64,000 bases of DNA. It comes from Catajapyx aquilonaris (taxonomy: Eukaryota). Positions 49,859-62,040 of this stretch are shown here, in pieces. The stretch spans positions 1 through 64,000 of the forward strand of contig KZ538077.1 in NCBI GenBank assembly GCA_000934665.2, given 5' to 3'. Within the stretch, counting starts at the first letter, position 1. Every line of letters begins with the position of its first letter. Made by a program: the position numbers and the translations under genes. The notes beneath the pieces are model-generated. The model did no database searches and had not been told where the DNA came from. It saw nothing but the letters and a program-made list of their open reading frames with translations.

Positions 49859-52800
49859 TGTGTAGCCCTAATACAGCGGTTCAAAACTAGTTTCATTGTA
49901 ACTGGGAACTACATTTCAGAACCGTTTCCATAAATTGAAAAAAAAGCACACGTGTACTGTACTGCGGATAGTCTGTCACCCAGTTCTGTTTAGTAATGGC
50001 GTTTACTGATAGTTCAGCCGCACTTTCCACCCTGTTACAAAATTTGGTGTGGAAACATTTGGCTCTCACAATGCATAGCCCACCCGCATCGGCTGAGCTA
50101 TTCCGGGACGGATAATTCGACGTCAAATGTGTTCCATATCTGCAACAATTGAAACCCGCTGTCAGTAATACGAGGTGACGTGCGTACACGAGAGAGTATT
50201 ATCCAGGCCCGAACTAAACGATTTCACTAGCTAGAGAAGAGTTGCAGTAAATGATTGGCCGCCGACTCCAAGACCGATACCAATAATTCATTTGCATCCG
50301 ACTAAAAACTGCGCCGATTCTAAACCCAGGGCTGCTCTCAGCAGCTTTGGTGACAGCAAAATATGCAGTGCGTTCAGCCTTCCTTCTAAAGTGTCCAACA
50401 TGATGGAGTAGCACGTAGCCTTCCGCGAGTGTTGGCCATAAAGATTTGGGGGTTCCCATGGTAAAAAAAAGGGGGGGAGAGAGAGGCAAATTATTTATCG
50501 CAGGCAAGTTGCTTTCAACTTGCCCCGCATCCATCGCCGTCTTTCCTTTTCCTTTTGCACTTGGGCACATCCAGGTATAGGCTATCCGGCAGCAGAAAAT
50601 TCTCCACGGTCATGTAAATCCTGGGGCCGAAGCTAATAACTACTCCCTATAGATGCGTGGATTTGTAGTCTCCGTGACCAGCAATTCAAAAGCTCCCTTC
50701 TGCTGCACAACTCGGTGTAATCCTGCTCCATGGATCCCCTATCGATCAGTAGTCCGGATTTGAAATTTACATCTACGGCCTGGCGTTTTTAATAAGGGGG
50801 CGCCGGGTGATACAGTATGTAAATAATTCGCCACTAAAACCGATTTCCTTGCCGCCACCTGACTTGTTGACTCTAATAACACGCTCGGCTTGTAGACTTG
50901 GGTCCACCTATAATGCGGCATGATGTCCTAGCAAAAAGATAACATTTCGGTTGCACCAGCGACGACAATGGATCAAATTAAGCCGGAAACTGACATACTG
51001 TGCCAAAGATAATTCTTCCGGTTCGCTGAATTTCAGATACGTTTGGAAGCTGCTCATATATTATCAATAGCTTTGGAGCACATGTGCAACTCTGAATTCT
51101 TTTAAAACAAATTGCGCATATTTACTAGCGATTAATTCCGTTCCCGAGATAGTACCCATTGAATACTTCCATATTATAATTTGTGGACCAGCATGGTGTC
51201 AGTCCAGGTTTCCCTCGGCTATTGTGCAGGCAATTTCACTCTCCCGTATAGGCTGCATAGCTATTGTGCACTTGAATCACCTGACAGCATGCCTCTACCC
51301 CCTCCATCATCCATTTTCCTTTCCCTCATAGCCATACAGCTCTGGGGATACTTCATGATATCTAGACCCGCTCCCGCATCATGTTCGCTCATTCTTCTCC
51401 TTAAAGATGGGGATGCACGCACCGCCTAACGCCCTAACCATATTCAAAGAGCTAACTATAGCCACGACAATCGCCACATCGCAACAGTCATACCGATAAT
51501 ACTCATACCTGACCCCTACTATAGAAAAGTACAAAACCCTGTGTACTTTCACATGTAGACGTTGCACGAATATTCAAACCTCAACAAGACACGCGTGAAA
51601 TGTACCAGCAAATGCATCTTTGGCACAAGCTTTGTCACCGACAAAAACCTAACGCCGCGTGTAAATCCAGCTTACTTATTGCTGCTCTTACTCACAGTCA
51701 GTGCATATAGCTATTCTCTCATGTTGATTTTGCCCTGACTTTCTCACATACACATAGGACTGTGTGCTGAAAATATAATCCGACTGATCAAATCTCCCGC
51801 TGAGTAACTCTTGACGCCCACGTGGCATCCCCTCGATGGTGCAAATGACGAGCTTTTACGGCGATGTGGCGGTCATGAATCTTGTTCCAGTATAAGAAGC
51901 CTGCTATAATTAAAGCGTAACTATCATTTCCACAATGAGACCCTTCAGAAAGCAAGAGTGGATCGATTACGGCGACATCTGCGCCAAGCTTCTCAAATTG
52001 CGACCAATTAAAAGTGACACCATGCATATGCATTAGAGAATTTTCATATTTTTATTTTGCCTAATATTATGAAAGTAATTTATTGTGAATATGCACAAAT
52101 GTTAAAGCTCGACGAATCGTTATATTCTTTCACAAGTGATAGAGCCAGGCCCACAATTATTCCAATTAGTTGGTGTCCCAACACCTTTCCAATTCAAGTA
52201 GGATAAAATAAGGGTGTCGAACATCGATGAAGATGGATGAGAAAGAGAGAGGGCGGGGATGGGGTGGAAAAAACAACAGGCCCAGCTTCGTCTTGAGACT
52301 CATCACACCTTCACCAACCAGAACCAGGCCCGGTTCCAAATCTCGCCCAACAGACGCGTTCAAAATTCATTCACCCCCTTATGCCACCCCCCAGTCAGTC
52401 ATGAAATATTCACACGTCTCCCCATGAAAGATTTTGTGTGTTCAACGGCTCTATTAGTTTGTGATGCATTTGGGATTATGCCAGCACTGTTCTTGCAGGT
52501 GGTCACCGACCTCCTGCCCGTGCCATGTACTACACACCACATATAGTCGTAGCTTCGGCTCCAAATTCCGCCATAAATTAAATTTTAAGAAATTTCGAAA
52601 AAAACCTGTCCACGGTCCGCGTCGCCCCTAATATTCCTCAATGCTACGCCTATTACAGGTCGGTTCACCACCATCACTTAACATGTCGCTGTCACCTGCA
52701 TGTCACACGCCAGGGCAGCCGAAACTATGCAGGCAGGAACCACGATCAATGTGTGAAGCATGTGCCAATCAGATAGACCATCCTTGACATAATGCGTTCA

Positions 52801-55399
52801 GGCGAATGCAGCCATGTCCCACCAATTATGCAAGGTTTTTGTCTAATTTACACAACAGATTTTTTTTTTTCTTGTGAAAAAACTAATTCATAATAGATGA
52901 GGACACCAGCGAGAAATTTCGCGTTGACGTAGTTGGCTTCAAAAAAACGGTTCCGGCACCTCTTTTATTATCTTTGAAAGCAGGGATTTGACGCTGCTCC
53001 GGACGTTTCCAAAGTGGCTCTTAGTGTCCTATTTTTCGTGTGTGGGTGTGTCCAGCCCACATGCACTGTACAGCTCTCGGACAGTGTTCATGGGCACAAT
53101 ATTGCTGGAAGCTTCCTATTCAGCTTAGTGACTAAACACGAAGAGGAGGAAGGGTGAACAAAAAAAATCACGGTACATTCACGACTTGTTTTATGGCTGC
53201 AAAAAAAACAAAAAAAAAAACTGTGTAATCAACTCCATTCAAGATTGTCCGTGCTGTTGACTGTCAACTGGCAAAAGGGTTGGCTCGTAGGTTGCCAAAA
53301 TGAAAACGGCAAGTGGACACGGAGCCAAAAATGGAAGCGTTGACTCGGTGCCAACGCAAACTGGCCGACTAAGCGTCTTTCCTTTCTATTCACGAGAGGA
53401 AACGGGTCAGTTTGGGATTATTTACACGGAAGTCTATAGAGCTTCGTTTCTATATGAAAAAAAGGCATTCATGTTATACAGAAAGGGTGAAGGCCAGTTT
53501 CTAGTGCTATCAAATGTGAGCACAAAAAAGCCAGTTTATGATGCCACAAGACACTGAACTTTTTCAAGTTACGAGCACAAATCACAATGCAAAGTACTTC
53601 CTGCAAGTTATTTGCAATATATTGCAACAAATTAGGCAAGATGCAACAATAATATAGACTAGTAGGTCTATACTGATAAAGTGTCAGTAGTGTACTGTAC
53701 CGCACTGTAGCCATGCTGCACAGTATAGCATTTCACGATAGCGGGAAAGTATGACAGACGTGACAGGGCCATTGAAGCTGTCAGTGATTGCCTCTAAGGT
53801 AATAAATAGCACCTGGTGTGCCAAATAAGCAGTTATGAAATTAAGCTGACCCAGCGCATTACTGAAATATTGCATAAACTACGGAATTGCTTTTCATGAT
53901 ACCCAAAACAACAATAATCATTAATAATGCCAATAATGAAATAATCAACTCTTCGTCCTGATGCAGTGTGGACGTTGGATGTCACATTATAGTCCTATAG
54001 AAGCTCCCGTCATCAACGTCGATAATAAAATTAAAGGAATTAAAAAAAATTCTGAGAACTAAAATGGTTCTAGGGGGAATTTGGGAGTGAACCATTACCA
54101 TGACGCCGAGACCACTGTCGCCATTTTTATGACATGGCACAAAACGCCATACGACAAAATGCGCCTAAGGAGAGGGGGAAATGTCTAGCGAGAGGTCATT
54201 GGCTGTTCGGTGAGATGGACTTGATGATGTGGAAGGGGTCAAGCTACAAAGCTACAGTGTACCGTAGACGCAAAATGCCACATAAGCGCGGCCATAGACC
54301 ATACACGTGCATTCGGCTTGCAACGATATCAAGTGTCAGGGTGCACTCGCTTCATGGGAGCTTGCACAACCGGGAACGCTTTTAACCAGCGCAACAACAC
54401 CTTGGCCTCCGGTGTTACACTATACCTTCACTGTACGGTTACTTGTAATGAATTGCAAACTACAGTAGTGTCTACTAATTGCGTCAGTTCCTGGTGAAAA
54501 TTGCACATGTTCCCAACTACGCACGAGTCAAATAAGCTGAATGTAGGCTTACAGGTTACTGACATTTGCATAAGTAACAACCTGTACTGTACTCGCAATA
54601 AGTTGTTTTAGAATAAATGCTATCCAATTGGCAATTTTTATTATTTTTGAGAGGATTTTGTCCAGAGGCGTTCTTTTCACCAAGTTTGTAAAGACGCACA
54701 AGTACGAAACCCGCAGAATTTCCGCAGTTTGAAAAAAAGGATTAAATTTCCGCTCGACAAACTCTGATCAGTAAGGAGATTGATCCGGCATCATAATAAT
54801 AAGCCTCGTCGCCTGCATGCATAATCGGCTCAAGGAGCGACGGCAGCTTCACGCTTGCCCATCCCGCCATAAACACCAAATAAGATGGGGGAGACGTAGT
54901 TGCCGTTAAGCAAAGGATCATGTCCGCCTGACTCACTCCGGAACACTGCTGGGAGATCCGGTCCAGTCCAACTTGCAAGTAGAATGGCAATTGTGCCAGC
55001 TAAGCCGGCTAGCTGTGGAGGAAGCAGGCAGGCAGAGAGAGGCAGAGAGGAAGGTTCCTAGACGCAAACTCCGTACATTTCCGATTTCTATGCAGAACAG
55101 GCGCACAATGTTCCACATTCACGCGCCCGAACTGCAATCCACGTTTCATTCCATTTTTAACTCATTCCAGCACAATGGACCGGATGAATGAGCCGGCCCA
55201 AAATTCAATTGATACACTCGGGTCATTCTGAACCACCGTTTGGCAGTGTTGGTGAATGAATTGAGAAGCGGATGTTGTCGGCTGGCATTCCAGGGGCAGG
55301 GAACATGTCAACCTGCCTGGGTGCAAGGCGACGATGGCATTGTCCTGGCTGGCTGGCTGGCTGGGCTGGAGGTGGGCAGAGGAAGCGTGTGCGCGTGGG

Positions 55400-55646
55400 T
55401 TGGCCTATCTGCGTCTGCGCGGTGGATCGGTTGCGCGCGGGAGCTGCGAAGATGGGCGGCTGGGCCTCCGACACAGACAGGGGGGCTCACAGCCAAACCG
55501 CACTCGCTGCCATCCGGACGGGGGGGCCTGGCACTCTTGCCCTTTCGCGACGTCCATCCGCGTGTGTCAGTGGTGTGCATTGTTTCTCCCCATACCCAGT
55601 GACAACACCCCCGGATACATTCAAGTCGGAGGACTTGCCACACACG
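55400..55646 (+). other. Probable non-coding first exon of the LRR gene (5' boundary approximate); intron 55647-59121
   Basis: Strong donor ACG|GTAAGT at 55647 after a GC/CpG-rich stretch; strong acceptor ccttgttttgttttgcAG| at 59121, just upstream of the LRR ORF. Confidence 0.5.
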
Positions 55647-58600
55647 GTAAGTGTTCGCAGTTGCCCTTCACCGGAATGACCAAACGGCCTCCGTCCATCT
55701 GGATGTGTCCTTGATCACCCCCCCCCCCCCCACCCCCCCGATCTTGGCTCTTCCTGACCCACATGTGCTCAAGGCCAGGAAACCCAGCAATGAATCTGTT
55801 CCTGTGCGCTTTACATATTGGACCGCTACCTTTCGCGCCGAAACAAGGGACTATGGCTCCTACGTCCTGCCCGATTTTTTCCCTCCAAGATGGAATTGGC
55901 AGCTTTCCTTTTGACTATGCGGATCCACGGGCTGCGGCGCTTTGAATCACTTACGGAGACGAGGTCTGCGAAATAAATCACGGATTGGGAGGGGAACGGG
56001 AGAGAAACGCTACCATCTCTCACTCCAAATCTCTCCCGGTTGCGAGGATCTCCGGAAACTCCAGGCAATTGACAATGCCGACCCAACTTCTAACTTGCCA
56101 ATATTTAGATGGGGGTTCGGCACGCGCGCACACACAAAAAACACACTTTCTGGGTCTAAAGTGCATTTGCGCTCGGTTCCTCGACCAATTCGTGTCCCGC
56201 TTTGCTTTAATATTTAACCCGGCTCCTGAATATCTCAGGGCTCCTACAAATACGGCCAATTCAAAGCTACCACGTTCCAATTAGAGCCGGAGATGAGTTC
56301 GGTGGGGGTTAGGGGGAAGGCGGGAATGGATGTCCGTGCTCAACCTTTTTTTTTTTTTTTAACTCCAGGACCGGGGAGGGGCAACAATGCGAGAGGAAGG
56401 CCATTTCGAAGGAGTTGGCAAGGCAAAGGGCCAGTGGACGTCACGGCTCCCTGAGGATACCGACGGAGGAGGGGAAAAGACTAGCTGCGCTTGGAAAAAC
56501 AATCCGGGCAATTCCGGGTTCCCGGGAGCGGCCCCTATGTCTCAAACTACCAAGGCAGAACGTGACGGGAGCCAGGTGCTCGATTGATCCTCCATTCTAG
56601 TGTCCCGTTCCTCTCACAACACACTAAATAAATAACACTGCCAATGCTAGATTTCCTACCAAGTATCCACCCAACAATTTGCCGCCTTCTCATAATTCTT
56701 GCAACGGGCCCGGCTCTACATAGAAGCCCGGATTGCAGCAGCCATGAAGCATGCAATACCCTCCCGAATATGTGTTACATAATGGGACGACCTTGATGCA
56801 TTTTAGTTGGTCGTACCAGTATTCCTCAGCGAAAAGGGTTACCAGCAGATATATTAAAAAGCGCACGCAAAGACCCCGTTGTTTCCTTCCCAGAAGAATC
56901 GTCATAAATACAAGTTTGGTCCGGGTGGAAAAAGGCTCGTTCCGGGCTTTCGTTCCGGGCGTTTTTCTCCATTTGGGCCTATTCCCACAGTGCAATGCAG
57001 TAAAAGGAGGGAGGGAGGCTGGGATAAAAAAAGAATTGAGTTAAAGCCTTTTACTCGGTCCATGTCAAGCCTGTCTGTTGACTTGTTGGCCCCAAGCCCG
57101 GAGAGATAGTTAGGGGAAAACTATTTGATACGAATTAGGCTAAGATCCTTCACATTGCCGCGATCAATGGTTTGAAGGAGGTTGGACCAGGTAAGGCCTT
57201 CAATAAAATTCCATGGGATGGCGTGAGAGCACGTCGCTGGGTTCAGGGTATGGCGAGACCCCCCATCCCAATGCTCCGGAACCTTGAAAATCAATTCGAG
57301 TATATAAATGCATGTGCCGAGAGGAAAAAGCTGGCGGAGGGGAAAGAGAGGTGATGGAGTTCTTCCGGCAAAAACAGGAGTAGCGAACGAGGGCCTCGAC
57401 TTCTTTTGCGGCGCCGTCCGATTGATTTTGCGAAGGGGGAAAAGTAAGAAGAAGGGGGACCACAACCAAGAAGTGTTTCACGCAGGGTCGACCACCCGCT
57501 CTAGACACTTGTGGATTTTTTCCCCGACTTGGAACCAATCAAGCCGCACAATTTTCATTCACCTAAAGCCACGTTTTCTTGCCGGGAAAAAGTGGGTAGC
57601 GTTAATATCCAATATATGATCTTCCTATAAATCTTGCCTGTCTCATTTGTTATCGCGGCAGCGCAGTGGCAACTTTATCCACACAATGGTTTCTTTAGCG
57701 ATGAGCGGCTCAATTTCACTTGACTATGATCCGCTCTTATTGCTTTTGTTTGTAACGCCGCTTGTCAGCCCTAGCATGAATTATCCGCAACTAAATGAAA
57801 ACAGTTGGATAATAAGAGAAAGAGCCCAGGCGCTAAATGCCTCACAGGCACGTTCGCTTTAAAAATAATAAATCCTGGAAAACGGCGCCGGAACAGCAAT
57901 TGTAGAGGGCCCTAATCACATTCAAGAAAATCACTATTTTTAACGCAGTGTTGTACGGTGTCCGCGGACAAGAAGTGGCTTGCACCATCATGTTACACAG
58001 TGGAAAATGTAGTAGGCATTTCATCCAACCCATTTTTTTTGCCGAATAGTGCAGAGAAGAGCCTGCTTCGCCATGAGCTCTGCACACTAGGGATTCGCTC
58101 TTGGTGGATTTGAAATTAATTAATCTAGACCTATGTTGCAAAACGAACCTACATGAACTACCCGTTAATATCCACGCATGGACTATGTCCAGACCTCCCC
58201 CCCCCCCCCNCCCCCCCCCTCTAAAAAAAATGTTCGGCTAATATTGCTACCCTGCATTTCCCCACGAACGGTGGCATGGAAAGGGCATAACAAAATTATT
58301 TATCAATTAAAATGAAGGTAGCGCTATGCCGAGCATCTCGGTTTAGTGCGAACAGGCATACCCGCTCACGGGCTTCTAGTTAACGTCGCCTTAAGTAATT
58401 CCCCCCTGGTGTGTTTTGCGCGGCGGCAATTAATTTTGCCAAACAAGTCAGTCTGCGAATTTTTTCCCTTAGCTGAGAAGTGCTCTAGGAAGAAGCGGCT
58501 CCCGTTTTTTTTGCCATACTATGTCGGGGTAGTCCTAATGAGAAACTTAGGAATTGCTTAGCAAAGATTTGATCCTCCCGAGATTGTATGGCCTTGAGAT

Positions 58601-59376
58601 TAGCTCGTAACGAGCGAGTAAATGCGCTGGAAAAGAGCGAGCCCAAGAAGCCAGTTTTGCGGAAGCCGGAGTTTGAGCTGGGCCTGCGTCTTCCACTTGC
58701 CTCTCCAGGGTTTTATTGTGGTCAGTTATAACCCCCTCCAGTTGGCTTCTGCCACTTGCAGTAGTCCGATGGATGGGGCTGCTGGGAGTGATTTTTGCCA
58801 CGCTGTTACAGCTTCTAATTGCACCCACATTTCCGGAGGAATTCGCCCGACTTGAGCACTGCACGTCAAATTAGATGCGCCCTAATGTCGCCGTTTGTTT
58901 TGTGACCAACGCTGCCTGGCAGAGTTTCGCGCGGCTAATGACGTAACTTCCCACGGCTACTTTTACGGGTTGTTGAATACCAACCACATTGCGGCTGGGT
59001 CGGGGGGAACAAAAAAAAAGGCCTCAAAACAGTTCCTTGCAGTGTAGATTGCCAAGCTCTGTAGGTAGTGAGAAGCTTTAACATGCAAATTCTAAGTTCG
59101 ATGCCTTGTTTTGTTTTGCAGGAACACCCCTTCACCTGGATGGAGATAAGCAGCACCTAGTGACCCCGGCTAACTAATCGCGTGGATCAGCTGCAGGCAC
59201 TAGGGGACTCGGTCCATTTCGGTCAACGAATCGCGCGGGATGTGAACCGGAGAGGAGCTCAGAATCTGGCACCCGAATGGCTTGCCACGAGCGACCCAAT
59301 GCTGCTCAGCATTAACCCTCCCTTCTTCTTTCCGTCCTCCTTCTTCCTCCCTCGAATGATGATCCATCCAGATACC

Positions 59377-62040
59377 ATGTCCAAGCCAAGAGGCCTCTTT
59401 CTTTTCCTTCTGCTGTTGCTGCTGCCCCCATCCTTCACGGCCATCCAGCAGCAGCAGCAGCAGCAGTTCGGCTCGTGTCCCAGCTTCTGCTTCTGCGACG
59501 AAGCCAGCCAGTACGTCAGCTGTGTGGGCGATGGCCTCTGGGAGTTGCCCACCGACGTTCCCAAAAACGCTCTCCGGCTCGAATTCAGAAACTTCGCCGT
59601 GACCCAGCTCAAGATTTCCATGATGGACGGTTTCGACCAGCTGAAGGAACTGGTAATCCATTGCGCCCAGATCCAACGGATCGAGAATGGAACCTTCTCG
59701 GCCTTGTCGCGCTTGGAGAACCTGGACCTCAGCCAGAACCGGCTAGAGAATGTCAGCCGGGCTACCTTCGAGGGCACCAATGCCCTCCGACATTTGGATC
59801 TGTCTTCCAATCGTCTCTCCTCCCTAGACGACGCCTTTGTCGACCTGAACAACGTGGAGCAACTCAATCTGAGGGACAACAACCTGCCCAGCCTAACGGC
59901 CCTCAGTTTCCAGGGCCTACAGAAAGTGCAGTACTTGAACCTGGACTCCAACTCTATCGCCAGTATCGACGTGGGCACTTTCCAAGACCTGGTCAGTCTG
60001 GCCCATCTCATCCTCAGCAACAATCCTCTGGTCCAGCTGGCACGTCTAGATTTCTTCGGCTCTAGGCTGCAGTTCCTGGACATGTCCCACGTGGGCCTGA
60101 TTCGGGTTCCGCAGAGCCTGACTCGATTCGTGAGGGACCTGCGCTTGGCCAAAAACAATCTGACGGCCATCGCCAGGGGTGACTTTGACAGCTATCCTAA
60201 TATAGGCCTGCTGGTGCTGGACGACAATGCCATCACCGAAATCGAAGATGACGCCCTGGGACGCCTGGAGTTCTTGCAACGCCTGTGGCTGAATGGCAAC
60301 CGACTCTCGTCCGTGCCGCAGAACTTGCCTCCCAGCTTGAAAGCCCTCTATATGGAGGAAAACCTTCTGCATACCCTCCGAAGCCACGAGTTCCGAGGGC
60401 TCAACATGTTGGAGCAACTCTTCCTGCAGCGCAACCAGATCCAAGAGTTGGCTCCCTGCGCCTTTTGCGACCTGGTCAGCTTGAGAAACTTGGATCTGCA
60501 AGCTAACATGATGGAGTCCATTCCCGAGGGGGCTTTTGCCAACTTGACCAGCCTGGAGACCTTGGACCTGTCGCAGAATCCTCTCCGGACCATCTCCGGA
60601 ACTAGTTTCTCCGACTTCACCTCCCTCAAGGTCCTGCAGATGTCACGCTTGAAGTATCCTGTCATCTTTGATGAGACGCTCTTCGATCCACTGCAACGCT
60701 TGGAAATACTGGAGGTATACAATAGCCCCTTCTTCGCTCAGAACCTGGTCCAGAGCGCCCGAGCTTTGCATGGTCTCCGAAACATCCGAGAGCTGAACCT
60801 GATGCACAACCACTTGGAAACCCTGCGGTCAGATTTCCCCAAGTTCTTCCCCCAGCTCCGCATGGCCAAAATGAGCAACAATGAGTGGGACTGCCGCAAC
60901 CACTCTCTCCACTGGCTGGCGCAATGGATCCTTCATTCCAACGTGCAATTCTTCAAGGCCTCCCGGGTCACCTGCGTCAAACCAGAACAGTGGAAGGGAC
61001 AGCCAGTGTTCGTCTTCCACGACAGCGACTACGCCAAGACCAGCACCAATGTCATTCCAACCACTCGCCTGACTACCACACCCTCTTCTCTCCCCACCTC
61101 GCCCGTCACCACTGCCAAAGGCTCGCGTCGACCATACACGGCCGTTCTGGTCACTACAACTGTCGGATCCTCCACCGACCACATGACGACCACTCTGGAC
61201 GACCTGTCTCGAACGGAAGACGGCGACGTCCTGCCAAGTTCCACACTGGAAGCGTCTGAAACCTACCAGACGACCACAGAGTCCGTCACGCAGATTGCCC
61301 AACACGACAAAACCGACTACGTGGAAGGTGACATCACCTGGCCTGACACCACAACCGCCGACATCGTCACCACCACTGTGAGTCCTACCACCCCTATCGC
61401 CACCTCCACCATGAGCACGACCACTAGCACCACACCCACTACCACCGCCATCACCACCACCACAACCCCCTTACCCTTCCTACCTACCAAGGTAGACTAC
61501 ACCTACAAGACGACTCCCACTAAAAAACCCTACCCAAAACCCAAACCGGAGAGAAAACAATGGAAAGCAGCGTCGGAAACCCCTGACCACCATCCGAACG
61601 ACCACAGTCACCATGTCCTCCAAGAATCCATCCCGACGCCTGGTAACGACCTAGAAGAAGCCAGCTCGTCGGTGCACGAGTCTCTGCTGGTGGTGGGCAC
61701 TTCGGTGGCAATCAGCCTGGGCCTCCTTCTTCTGGGCACCGTCCTGGCTCTTGCCCTGTACCGCTACCGGAAGGCAGCGGGCAAGTGCGGTTCCGTCCTA
61801 CACCTCTTCAGCTGTCGGAAGCGTCGCGGCTCCTCCATCTCGTACCTGCCGCAGAGGGACGAAGTGCACATAGTCACCGTGTCGGACGGGACGGTGTCAG
61901 TACAAGGGGACCACCACCACGGTTTGGAAAACAAACTCTACTTTAGCATGGAGGGCCAGCCCCACGCCAATGGCGGCTACTCCACCCAGTTTGCGCACTG
62001 CGACTTGCGGGACTTTGACGACTTCCAGGGCAACTTGTAG
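59377..62040 (+). CDS. 2mit: Single-pass transmembrane leucine-rich-repeat protein, 2mit-like (about 887 aa)
   Basis: Intronless ORF: signal peptide MSKPRGLFLFLLLLLLPPSFTA, polyQ, LRRNT CPSFCFCDEASQYVSC, roughly 15-16 LxxLxLxxN repeats, LRRCT-like NEWDC..WL..VTCVKP, long Thr-rich stalk, TM LLVVGTSVAISLGLLLLGTVLALALY followed by RYRK, and a ~90 aa tail. ATG 59377 (accATG) sits just before the signal peptide; in-frame ATGs at 59299 and 59356 are alternatives. The gene symbol is inferred from domain architecture plus position in a tim2 intron. Confidence 0.9.
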   Translation: MSKPRGLFLFLLLLLLPPSFTAIQQQQQQQFGSCPSFCFCDEASQYVSCVGDGLWELPTDVPKNALRLEFRNFAVTQLKISMMDGFDQLKELVIHCAQIQRIENGTFSALSRLENLDLSQNRLENVSRATFEGTNALRHLDLSSNRLSSLDDAFVDLNNVEQLNLRDNNLPSLTALSFQGLQKVQYLNLDSNSIASIDVGTFQDLVSLAHLILSNNPLVQLARLDFFGSRLQFLDMSHVGLIRVPQSLTRFVRDLRLAKNNLTAIARGDFDSYPNIGLLVLDDNAITEIEDDALGRLEFLQRLWLNGNRLSSVPQNLPPSLKALYMEENLLHTLRSHEFRGLNMLEQLFLQRNQIQELAPCAFCDLVSLRNLDLQANMMESIPEGAFANLTSLETLDLSQNPLRTISGTSFSDFTSLKVLQMSRLKYPVIFDETLFDPLQRLEILEVYNSPFFAQNLVQSARALHGLRNIRELNLMHNHLETLRSDFPKFFPQLRMAKMSNNEWDCRNHSLHWLAQWILHSNVQFFKASRVTCVKPEQWKGQPVFVFHDSDYAKTSTNVIPTTRLTTTPSSLPTSPVTTAKGSRRPYTAVLVTTTVGSSTDHMTTTLDDLSRTEDGDVLPSSTLEASETYQTTTESVTQIAQHDKTDYVEGDITWPDTTTADIVTTTVSPTTPIATSTMSTTTSTTPTTTAITTTTTPLPFLPTKVDYTYKTTPTKKPYPKPKPERKQWKAASETPDHHPNDHSHHVLQESIPTPGNDLEEASSSVHESLLVVGTSVAISLGLLLLGTVLALALYRYRKAAGKCGSVLHLFSCRKRRGSSISYLPQRDEVHIVTVSDGTVSVQGDHHHGLENKLYFSMEGQPHANGGYSTQFAHCDLRDFDDFQGNL

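Noticed and set aside
59200..61711. Several long antisense or alternate-frame ORFs over the LRR gene (e.g. 59259-60170, 303 aa)
   Set aside because: Shadow ORFs caused by the GC3-rich codon usage of the real CDS.
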